From: Candidatus Colousia faecequi
GTDB lineage: Bacteria > Bacteroidota > Bacteroidia > Bacteroidales > Paludibacteraceae
Reading direction: 5' to 3'
DNA length: 24,936 nucleotides
NCBI GenBank assembly: GCA_018065285.1
Contig: JAGHTN010000087.1
Location: 1 to 24,936 of the forward strand
Position numbers and translations under genes: made by a program
Notes under the pieces: model-generated
Told to the model about the DNA's origin: nothing
The model's input: the letters and a program-made list of their open reading frames with translations, nothing else
Database searches by the model: none
Shown: piece by piece, positions 8,675-15,877 of the stretch
Layout of the letters: each line of letters opens with the position of its first letter
Position numbering within the stretch: position 1 is the stretch's first letter

Positions 8675-9666
8675 TAAGGCACTTCTACTGCGTTGAGTAT
8701 CTCATTGATAATATTGTCAGACGTAAGGTTGTTGGCCTCAGCCTCATACGACATGCCTATACGGTGACGCAGCACGTCGTGAGCCACGGCACGTACATCC
8801 TCCGGTATGACGTACCCCCTGCGCTTGATGAAAGCGTATGCGCGTGACGCGAGGGCAAGGTTGATTGAGGCACGTGGCGAACCACCGAAATCAATCATAC
8901 CTTTGAGGTCTTTCAATCCATATTCCTCGGGAAGACGTGTGGCAAACACAAGGTCAACAATGTATTTCTGTATCTTCTCGTCCATATAGACCTCGCGCAC
9001 AACGTTACGTGCATTTATTATGTCCTCTACCCTTACCACAGGTCTGACCTCATTGAAACCACCAGCAAGATGTGCGGCAACCACCTGACGCTCTTCGTCT
9101 TTCTTAGGATAATCAATGACGACTTTCAGCATGAAACGGTCAACCTGTGCCTCTGGAAGAGGATAAGTTCCCTCCTGCTCAATAGGGTTCTGAGTTGCCA
9201 TCACAAGGAACGGATTAGGAAGAGCGAACGTCTCCTCGCCTATTGTCACCTGATGCTCCTGCATGGCCTCGAGCAACGCACTCTGCACCTTGGCCGGGGC
9301 ACGGTTAATCTCATCCGCCAATACGAAGTTGGCAAACACAGGACCACGCTTGATGTTGAAACTCTCGCTCTTCTGGCTGTAAATCATTGTACCGACCACA
9401 TCAGCAGGAAGGAGATCAGGAGTAAACTGGATTCTGTTGTACTGCGCATCAATCAGTTGTGACAAGGTCTTAATTGCCAAAGTTTTTGCCAAGCCTGGCA
9501 CACCTTCCAACAAAATGTGACCATCTGAAAGAAGTCCTATCAGAAGCGATTCTATCAGATGTTTCTGACCAACAATGGTCTGGGTCATACCCATCATCAG
9601 GGTGTCAACAAAAGCACTCTGACGCTCGATTCGCTCGTTGAGCTCTCGGATATCTACTGTCTCCAT
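8674..9666 (-). CDS. moxR: MoxR family AAA+ ATPase (330 aa; start moved from 9711 to METVDIREL)
   Basis: Walker A GVPGLAKT, RIQFTPDLLPAD, Walker B LADEINRA, ATQNPIEQEGTYPLPEAQVDRF. Confidence 0.94.
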   Translation of the reverse strand: METVDIRELNERIERQSAFVDTLMMGMTQTIVGQKHLIESLLIGLLSDGHILLEGVPGLAKTLAIKTLSQLIDAQYNRIQFTPDLLPADVVGTMIYSQKSESFNIKRGPVFANFVLADEINRAPAKVQSALLEAMQEHQVTIGEETFALPNPFLVMATQNPIEQEGTYPLPEAQVDRFMLKVVIDYPKKDEERQVVAAHLAGGFNEVRPVVRVEDIINARNVVREVYMDEKIQKYIVDLVFATRLPEEYGLKDLKGMIDFGGSPRASINLALASRAYAFIKRRGYVIPEDVRAVAHDVLRHRIGMSYEAEANNLTSDNIINEILNAVEVP

Positions 9667-9792
9667 ATTATATATATGATTGTTATTCTTTTTCGGACTG
9701 CGACAAGCCAAAGACGTAGCCCATGCAAACCATAGACGTACCCCTGACCCATAGACATCAGTTAAGATGAATAATAATCGGAACTATAATCA

Positions 9793-11067
9793 TTACTTAA
9801 CATAATCCTTCTGCAACTCCTTGGCATATTGCAGACAATCAGGATTTGAAGCATCCACAAGCCTGCTGTCAATTTTTGGGATTTTTATAACCATGCCTGT
9901 ACGGATTTGCCCAGGATTGCGTAATTGGTCACGATTTGCCAAAAAAAGATAAATCCAAAACTCCTTATGACCGTATGCGCGCAACGATATCATGGTCAAC
10001 CTGCTACCGTCACGGACAGTTTCCGTACCTTGTATCACAGAATAATCTATTTTCATCGTACGCATCTGCCCGATGGTGAGTTTGCCATCAGGCAGTTTAT
10101 CTTCCTCCACGCTTTTGTCTTCAGGCACGACAGTATCCTTCTTTGCAACCGTATTTCCACATACAGGAGCGACAGCCTCAACATCCACGGTTTTCACTGG
10201 AGTGTCCTTATCATCGGCCTTCCTGAAATTCACCCAATATATCAAACCGAATATAACCAACAGGAGCATCATACACAACAAAAACAACCTCCCGATCTTT
10301 CCCCCGTATGTTATTCCTTTCGTATTCTCATCTTCAACATCAACAGAATCACATTCCTTTTCTTCTTCCTTACTCTCTTCCACTACTTCTTCTACTACTT
10401 CCTTATTCTCTTCTACCACTTCCTCTACTACTTCTTCTGCCACTTCTTCCTTACTCTCTTCTACCACTTCCTCTACTACTTCTTCCTTACTCTCTTCTAC
10501 TACTTCCTCCTTATAATCTTCTACAACATCATCTACTACTTCTTCCTTACTCTCTTCCACCACTTCCTCTTCCTTATGCTCTGTAGCAGCATCCTCTACA
10601 TTCTGTCCTTCAACAGACGTAGCAGCGACAGGTAAGCCGTTTATGTCAGCAAGCAGACTCTTCAACTCTTCAGCCTCCTCACTGAGTTTTTTCATCCTTG
10701 ACGATGCAACGTAATCATCAGCGCCCTCTTCCACCGGGTCAACCTCGTCAGAAGGCGAGTCGGACAACTCAACCACCTCAAGGTGAGCCAACGGCTCGTT
10801 CACCATATCAGCAAAAACTTTCTCGGCAGTGAATGTCACTTTGTTGTGTGCCGGAATCTCTATCGCCTCACCTCCGTTGACACTGACGCTTTTCCTCGCC
10901 TTGACACTGACCATCTTGAATGTCCCAAGCCCTTTTATCTTTACCGACTGGTCGTCATTAAGCCCCTTGAAAACGGCTTCATTGAATTTATCCAAGAAGA
11001 GACGGGCATCCGCACGGCTGACTCCCGTACGTTCAGCAATTATTGATATTATTTCGCTTTTAGTCAT
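9793..11067 (-). CDS. HU/IHF-like domain + acidic linker + single TM + LysM-like domain (424 aa)
   Basis: N-terminus MTKSEII...VKIKGLGTFK...IPAHNKVTF is HU-like; TM at IGRLFLLCMMLLLVIFGLIYWV; C-terminus TVRDGSRLTMISLRAYG...LFLANRDQLRNPGQIRTGMVIKIP is LysM-like. Confidence 0.85.
   Translation of the reverse strand: MTKSEIISIIAERTGVSRADARLFLDKFNEAVFKGLNDDQSVKIKGLGTFKMVSVKARKSVSVNGGEAIEIPAHNKVTFTAEKVFADMVNEPLAHLEVVELSDSPSDEVDPVEEGADDYVASSRMKKLSEEAEELKSLLADINGLPVAATSVEGQNVEDAATEHKEEEVVEESKEEVVDDVVEDYKEEVVEESKEEVVEEVVEESKEEVAEEVVEEVVEENKEVVEEVVEESKEEEKECDSVDVEDENTKGITYGGKIGRLFLLCMMLLLVIFGLIYWVNFRKADDKDTPVKTVDVEAVAPVCGNTVAKKDTVVPEDKSVEEDKLPDGKLTIGQMRTMKIDYSVIQGTETVRDGSRLTMISLRAYGHKEFWIYLFLANRDQLRNPGQIRTGMVIKIPKIDSRLVDASNPDCLQYAKELQKDYVK
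10361..10575. repeat. Imperfect tandem repeat encoding (V)VEESKEEV / VVEEV units
   Basis: Recurring cttccttactctcttc(t/c)ac units on the + strand; four exact VEESKEE copies in the translation. Confidence 0.88.
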
Positions 11068-11073
11068 CTCCCC

Positions 11074-11346
11074 TTATTTTATCAGATTCTTGATTGTTGC
11101 CGATGCTTTGAATCCCACCACAAGTTTCGGAGGTATCAGCGAACGCTTTCCCGTCAATGGATTGAACATCACTTTCTGCTCTTTCTCCCTCACCTCGAAG
11201 GTCCCCAAATCAAGCATCTGAGCGCCCTCCCCGTCAACGACACTTTTGCGTGTTATGTCAATAAACACATCCAACATCGCCTGACACTGCTTCTGCGACA
11301 TTCCCGTTTTTTCAGCCAATGCTGTCTGTAGTTCCTTATGGTTCAT
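11074..11346 (-). CDS. HU/IHF family DNA-binding protein (90 aa; start moved to MNHKELQ)
   Basis: LGTFEVREK...FNPLTGKRSLIPPKLVVGFKAS HU arm motif; the ATG at 11346 removes the overlap with rimO. Confidence 0.9.
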   Translation of the reverse strand: MNHKELQTALAEKTGMSQKQCQAMLDVFIDITRKSVVDGEGAQMLDLGTFEVREKEQKVMFNPLTGKRSLIPPKLVVGFKASATIKNLIK

Positions 11347-11353
11347 ATTCACA

Positions 11354-12649
11354 TCATATTGTCCTGCCAAAAAGTTCAAACTCACTGGCATCAGTTATTT
11401 TAACCTTGTATATCCCGCCGACCTCAATGCCATCAGCCTTTTCAACAAACACCTCGCAGTCAACCTCTGGCGAATCCCAACCACTGCGCCCAACGAACCA
11501 GTCATCCTCCTCACGGTCAATAATCACATCTGTCACACTGCCTATTCTTTCCCTGTTCACCTCTTCAGATATGCTCTGCTGCACCTCCATAAGAGCCGCA
11601 AGACGGCGTTGTTTCACCTCTTCCGGCACATCGTCTTTGTAGTGAAGTGCTGAATATGTGCCCTCCTCCTCCGAATATGCGAATGCGCCCATACGTTCAA
11701 ACCTCATTTCACGCACAAACTCAACCAACTCCCTGAAGTCCTCATCAGTCTCTCCCGGATGACCAACCATCAGTGTTGTTCTAAGGCATATTCCCGGCAC
11801 TTCTCGTCTCACTCTCTCTATAAACTTAACGGTTTCTTCCTTGCAAATATTGCGTCGCATCAACCCTAAAATGTGATTTGAGCAATGCTGCAACGCAACA
11901 TCCAGATAAGGACAGACCTTAGGATTCTCCCTCATCACCCTCAGCAAATCGTATGGAAAGTGCGTAGGATAGGCATAATGAAGTCTTATCCACCGTATTC
12001 CCTCTATCTTGCTTATTCTCTCGACCAATTCGGGCAACATGTTCCTATGCTCCAAATCCAGTCCGTAGTACGTCAAATCCTGCGCAATAAGTTCCAGCTC
12101 CTTGACACCCTTGTCCGCAAGCTGCCTTGCCTCAGCCAATATCTCGTCAACATGCCTCGACTTATATCTGCCAGTAATCAGAGGAATGGCGCAATAAGAG
12201 CAAGTCCTGTCACAACCTTCGGCTATTTTGAGATACGCATAATGCCGTGGGGTTGTCAATTCCCTCTCCCACTCTCCGCACTCACTCTCAGCACCGGTGC
12301 AACGCTCAATGATACCCTCCCAGTCGAATTTGCCATACCAACCGTCAACCTCGGGAATCTCCTGTTGCAACTCCTTTCTGTATCTCTCGCCAAGACATCC
12401 CATGACGAAAATATGACCAATCAGCCTGCGTTTTTTCATTGCCGCCACCTCCAGAATCATGTTGATTGACTCCTCTTTGGCATCTCCAATAAATCCGCAT
12501 GTGTTGACTACCACCACTTCGCCCCTGACCTTCTCGTCATCATGGAAAACCGAATACCCAGCCTTCCTGAAACGTGCCATCAGCCGTTCCGAGTCAATGA
12601 GATTCTTCGAGCACCCCAACGATATTATGTCAACCCTGCCTTTTTTCAT
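11354..12649 (-). CDS. rimO: Ribosomal protein uS12 methylthiotransferase RimO
   Basis: SLGCSKNLIDSE, VNTCGFI, radical SAM CDRTCSYC, C-terminal TRAM with DSPEVD. Confidence 0.95.
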   Translation of the reverse strand: MKKGRVDIISLGCSKNLIDSERLMARFRKAGYSVFHDDEKVRGEVVVVNTCGFIGDAKEESINMILEVAAMKKRRLIGHIFVMGCLGERYRKELQQEIPEVDGWYGKFDWEGIIERCTGAESECGEWERELTTPRHYAYLKIAEGCDRTCSYCAIPLITGRYKSRHVDEILAEARQLADKGVKELELIAQDLTYYGLDLEHRNMLPELVERISKIEGIRWIRLHYAYPTHFPYDLLRVMRENPKVCPYLDVALQHCSNHILGLMRRNICKEETVKFIERVRREVPGICLRTTLMVGHPGETDEDFRELVEFVREMRFERMGAFAYSEEEGTYSALHYKDDVPEEVKQRRLAALMEVQQSISEEVNRERIGSVTDVIIDREEDDWFVGRSGWDSPEVDCEVFVEKADGIEVGGIYKVKITDASEFELFGRTI

Positions 12650-13599
12650 CCGAACAGCGAATCCACGAATGCCTCCTTGTTGAACACCTGAAGATGGTCA
12701 ATCCCCTCGCCCAATCCTATGTATTTGACAGGTATCTTGAATTGCGCCGAGATGCCGAGCACCACTCCACCCTTTGCCGTTCCGTCAAGTTTTGTGACGG
12801 CAAGCGACGACACCTGCGTGGCCTTGGTGAACTGCGTGGCCTGCTCGTATGCGTTCTGCCCAGTACTACCGTCCAAAACAAGCATAACGTCATGCGGAGC
12901 GTCAGGCACCACTTTCTGCATCACTTTCTTGATTTTAGTAAGCTCGTTCATCAGGGCAATCTTGTTGTGCAGTCTTCCCGCAGTGTCTATTATCACCACG
13001 TCAGCGTCGTTAGCCTTTGCCGACGACAGAGTGTCGAAAGCCACCGACGCAGGGTCAGCACCCATATTCTGCTTTATGACAGGACATCCGGTCCTCTCGC
13101 CCCACACCTGCAACTGCTCTATGGCAGCAGCCCTGAAGGTGTCTGCCGCCCCAAGATATACTTTCTTGCCCGCCTGTTTGAACTGGTAAGCCATCTTTCC
13201 TATCGTGGTTGTCTTGCCGACACCGTTCACGCCAACCACCATTATGACGTAAGGCTTGGCAGGGAGCTCATCCTCAAACGAAAGCACCTTCCCGCTGTTG
13301 TTCTCCGACAGCAACTCTCCAATCACACTCTTTATTGTCTTGTTAAGCTCGTCAGTGTTGACATATTTCTGCACCGAGACACGGTTCTCTATCCTCTTGA
13401 TTATGTCAAGCGTTGTCTCAACACCCACGTCAGACGTAACCAAAGCCTCCTCCAGATTGTCCAGAACCTCATCGTCAACCTTATCCTTACCCACCACAGC
13501 CCGTGCGACCTTCTTGAAAAAACTCTCTTTCGTCTTCTGCAAGCCTTCGTCCAACACTTCTTTCTTCTTTTTGCTATCAAACAGTCCGAATAATCCCAT
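12646..13599 (-). CDS. ftsY: Signal recognition particle receptor FtsY
   Basis: GVNGVGKTTTIGK, DTFRAAA, DTAGRLHNK, TKLDGTAKGG. Confidence 0.96.
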   Translation of the reverse strand: MGLFGLFDSKKKKEVLDEGLQKTKESFFKKVARAVVGKDKVDDEVLDNLEEALVTSDVGVETTLDIIKRIENRVSVQKYVNTDELNKTIKSVIGELLSENNSGKVLSFEDELPAKPYVIMVVGVNGVGKTTTIGKMAYQFKQAGKKVYLGAADTFRAAAIEQLQVWGERTGCPVIKQNMGADPASVAFDTLSSAKANDADVVIIDTAGRLHNKIALMNELTKIKKVMQKVVPDAPHDVMLVLDGSTGQNAYEQATQFTKATQVSSLAVTKLDGTAKGGVVLGISAQFKIPVKYIGLGEGIDHLQVFNKEAFVDSLFG

Positions 13600-13634
13600 A
13601 TTATCAATGTTTTATATTACAGTTATACAAATTG

Positions 13635-13666
13635 CAAATTTACGATTATTTCCGCAAACCACCAAA
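13635..13666 (-). promoter_or_regulatory. Consensus Bacteroidota primary-sigma promoter upstream of ftsY
   Basis: Minus strand TTTG (13666-13663), N20, TAAATTTG (13642-13635): exact match to TTTG-N19-21-TAnnTTTG. Confidence 0.75.
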
Positions 13667-13721
13667 TAAATTTCCCAGTTTTTTTTGCTGTTTTTTTCTT
13701 CGCTTTCCGACTCATTTTTCC

Positions 13722-13729
13722 TATATTTG
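13722..13729 (+). promoter_or_regulatory. -7 element of the probable promoter for the M15 peptidase
   Basis: TATATTTG about 50 nt upstream of the ATG at 13782; no exact -33 TTTG at canonical spacing. Confidence 0.55.
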
Positions 13730-13781
13730 CAAACGCAAACGTCACTGAGGTTTTACTTCCCGAACAGACACGTATGTAACA

Positions 13782-14615
13782 ATGAAACAAACGTTTACAA
13801 AATCACTGACAATCCTTGCATTCGCATTCATAACAACATCCGCTCTTGCGCAAGGCTCTCCGGATTTCACCAAAAGCCGTGTCATGGGTCAATTCGTCCC
13901 ATCCACCGACACCCTTTTCGTACCTTACCGTCCACCTTACGACACTACGGCAATTATGTTTGTTCACCGCGAGACATATAACGCCTTCATCAGAATGAGC
14001 GAGGCCGCGACACAAGACGGTATCAACCTTTTTATAGTATCAGCCACAAGGAATTTCCAGCGGCAGGCTGCAATATGGGAACGCAAATGGCAAACCTTTC
14101 CCGGCGAGCCTAAAGAAAAAGCCATCAACATCCTGAACTATTCATCAATGCCGGGAACATCTCGTCACCACTGGGGTACAGACATAGACCTATGCTCGGT
14201 GGAAGATTCCGACTGGACAAAACCCGAAATGCAGGTCATGCTCCGCTGGCTAAACGAAAACGCCGTTAAATACGGTTTTTTCATGCCATACAGCGACGAC
14301 CCTGAACGCACCGGATACAAATACGAGCCATGGCACTGGAGTTACTACCCTCTGTCCGACTACTACACCGAACTTTACAGGATTCTAATCTCACCCGAAG
14401 ACATAACAGGCTTCTCCGGCTCGTCACTTGCCGCAGAACTGGATGTTATCAAAAACTATGTGCTCGGGATAGCAAAACACGGCAAACCCTTCTCAATCGC
14501 CACTGTGCCTTACGACAAAGATGCTCACCTCGTACAACGCATACAAAGGCAAAGTGACCAACATCAACGTCACCGCATCGCCCGTCGGCGTAATCACCGC
14601 CGAAAGAATAAGTAA
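13782..14615 (+). CDS. M15B (VanY-like) Zn-dependent D-Ala-D-Ala carboxypeptidase, secreted
   Basis: Signal peptide; IVSATRNF..Q, SMPGTSRHHWGTDID (HxxxxxxD) and EPWH zinc motifs. The 3' end overlaps tatC. Confidence 0.88.
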   Translation: MKQTFTKSLTILAFAFITTSALAQGSPDFTKSRVMGQFVPSTDTLFVPYRPPYDTTAIMFVHRETYNAFIRMSEAATQDGINLFIVSATRNFQRQAAIWERKWQTFPGEPKEKAINILNYSSMPGTSRHHWGTDIDLCSVEDSDWTKPEMQVMLRWLNENAVKYGFFMPYSDDPERTGYKYEPWHWSYYPLSDYYTELYRILISPEDITGFSGSSLAAELDVIKNYVLGIAKHGKPFSIATVPYDKDAHLVQRIQRQSDQHQRHRIARRRNHRRKNK

Positions 14616-15251
14616 CCCCACAAAGGCATGACGCCTGAACCTCCCCATCATCGCCGCATTTACCACGCCGATTTTCCCTAAAAACCACGCTAATACCGGC
14701 ATCTCAAACAACACACCCATTATCAACGAAAGCATAAGCAATGTCGAGACGTACGAGCCTAATGAAATCTGATTGACCACCATCGGGTCAACCTGATACT
14801 CAGCAAGAAACCTGAATGCGAAAGGAAAAATAATAAAATAGTTCAACAAAACGCCCAAGACAAAGAGAACGACACCACCCGACAAAACCCCGACCGAATA
14901 CCTACGCTCCTTCTCATACAACGCAGGGGCGACAAACCTATACAACTCAACAATGATTAAAGGCATGGCACACACCACCCCCGTCACCAACGACACCTCA
15001 AGGTGCACCATAAACTGCGACGCAAGCTCAATGTTTATGAACAGCACCTCACAAGGTTCGAAACCTATTATCCTATAGAGAATGAAATCGCTTTTGGCAG
15101 GTGCGAAAAGAATATCGAAAAGCGGCTTCTTGAGGAAAAACGCCACAACCGACAATACGAATACAGCCGACAAGCAGCGTATCAACGTCCCCCTGAAGAC
15201 CTCCAGATGGTCCCAGAACCCCATTTCCTGCTTCTCGTCCATCAACGGCAC
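14493..15251 (-). CDS. tatC: Twin-arginine translocase subunit TatC
   Basis: MGFWDHLEVFR, FVAPALYEKE, FEMP, SAVITPTGDAVT, LYEVSI. GTG start at 15251; alternative ATG at 15242. Confidence 0.93.
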   Translation of the reverse strand: MPLMDEKQEMGFWDHLEVFRGTLIRCLSAVFVLSVVAFFLKKPLFDILFAPAKSDFILYRIIGFEPCEVLFINIELASQFMVHLEVSLVTGVVCAMPLIIVELYRFVAPALYEKERRYSVGVLSGGVVLFVLGVLLNYFIIFPFAFRFLAEYQVDPMVVNQISLGSYVSTLLMLSLIMGVLFEMPVLAWFLGKIGVVNAAMMGRFRRHAFVGLLILSAVITPTGDAVTLMLVTLPLYALYEVSIFVVRHSGD

Positions 15252-15428
15252 TTACTTTTTCTCGTCGTCCTTTTTCTCTTCGTCAGCCACACCGTTGACC
15301 CCGTCCTTGAACGACTTGACACCCTTGCCAAGCCCCTTCATCAGTTCAGGAATCTTTTTGCCGCCGAACAACAGCAAAACCACAAGCACGATTACTACGA
15401 TTTCCGCAGTTCCAATCATTAACAACAT
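15252..15428 (-). CDS. tatA: Twin-arginine translocase subunit TatA/E (58 aa; start moved to MLLMIG, alternative 15419)
   Basis: [37 protein letters not shown]. Confidence 0.92.
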   Translation of the reverse strand: MLLMIGTAEIVVIVLVVLLLFGGKKIPELMKGLGKGVKSFKDGVNGVADEEKKDDEKK

Positions 15429-15446
15429 AACAACTATTTTTTGAAT

Positions 15447-15797
15447 ATGACTAAATTGTTTACTGTAACACAAGAACTTACCGCCTATGTAATAGGTTCA
15501 GGGTCACTTCCCGTACTCGCCACGCCTGCACTCGCAGCTTGGATTGAGAACGTCGCCACACTTGTCACCGCGCCACTCCTGTCCGAAGGCGAAACCTCCG
15601 TCGGCACAAACATCAACCTCGACCACCTTCGCAAATCCCTCGTCGGCGAGAAAATCGAAGTATCCGTCGAACTCGTCAGCCACGAAGGCCGTCAGCTCAG
15701 CTTCACAGCCGAATGCCACAACGCCGAAGGCACACTTGTAGGCAAAGCCTCCCACACCCGCTTCATCGTCAACACCGCACGTTTCATGTCGCATTAA
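15447..15797 (+). CDS. FlK-like hotdog-fold thioesterase (ATG 15447; TTG 15441 possible)
   Basis: [12 protein letters not shown] of WIEN, TSVG..INLDH, HTRFIV..ARF; the Thr/Glu/His residues of fluoroacetyl-CoA thioesterase-like enzymes appear present. Confidence 0.85.
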   Translation: MTKLFTVTQELTAYVIGSGSLPVLATPALAAWIENVATLVTAPLLSEGETSVGTNINLDHLRKSLVGEKIEVSVELVSHEGRQLSFTAECHNAEGTLVGKASHTRFIVNTARFMSH

Positions 15798-15869
15798 CCA
15801 ATGACTGCTTGGCAACGGTAGATTAACCATACATTAACTGTATATTGACCTATCCGCTCCCCTAATCGC

Positions 15870-15877
15870 CAAATCTA
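15870..15877 (-). promoter_or_regulatory. Candidate -7 promoter element (TAGATTTG) overlapping the TonB-receptor stop codon
   Basis: Exact TAnnTTTG on the minus strand; no -33 TTTG at 19-21 nt. Confidence 0.35.

Noticed and set aside
9667-9711. ORF-track N-terminal extensions (moxR 9711, HU 11391, tatA 15473, asnS 21992, folP 23804)
   Set aside because: The extensions are non-homologous and overlap neighbouring genes, a terminator or a promoter element; downstream ATGs give family-typical N-termini.
9778-9822. XerD-arm-like TTATGTTAAGT (minus strand, 9805-9795) as a dif site
   Set aside because: 10/11 match to the E. coli XerD arm, but the spacer and XerC arm do not match and the bases simply encode DYVK-stop. 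Worth revisiting only if ter maps here.
9925-10635. F/Y/L-rich and poly-Ser plus-strand ORFs
   Set aside because: Antisense readings of the acidic VEE repeat.
11068-11076. Shine-Dalgarno-like TAAGGGGAG before the HU-LysM start, unusual for Bacteroidota
   Set aside because: It directly abuts the ATG with no spacer, so it is unlikely to work as an SD.
12694-13593. 299-aa plus-strand ORF
   Set aside because: Nested antisense to ftsY, with the H/L/R-rich composition typical of a shadow frame.
13782-14615. VanY-like gene as a vancomycin-resistance determinant
   Set aside because: No vanHAX or vanRS genes; M15B D,D-carboxypeptidases are ordinary cell-wall enzymes in Gram-negative bacteria.
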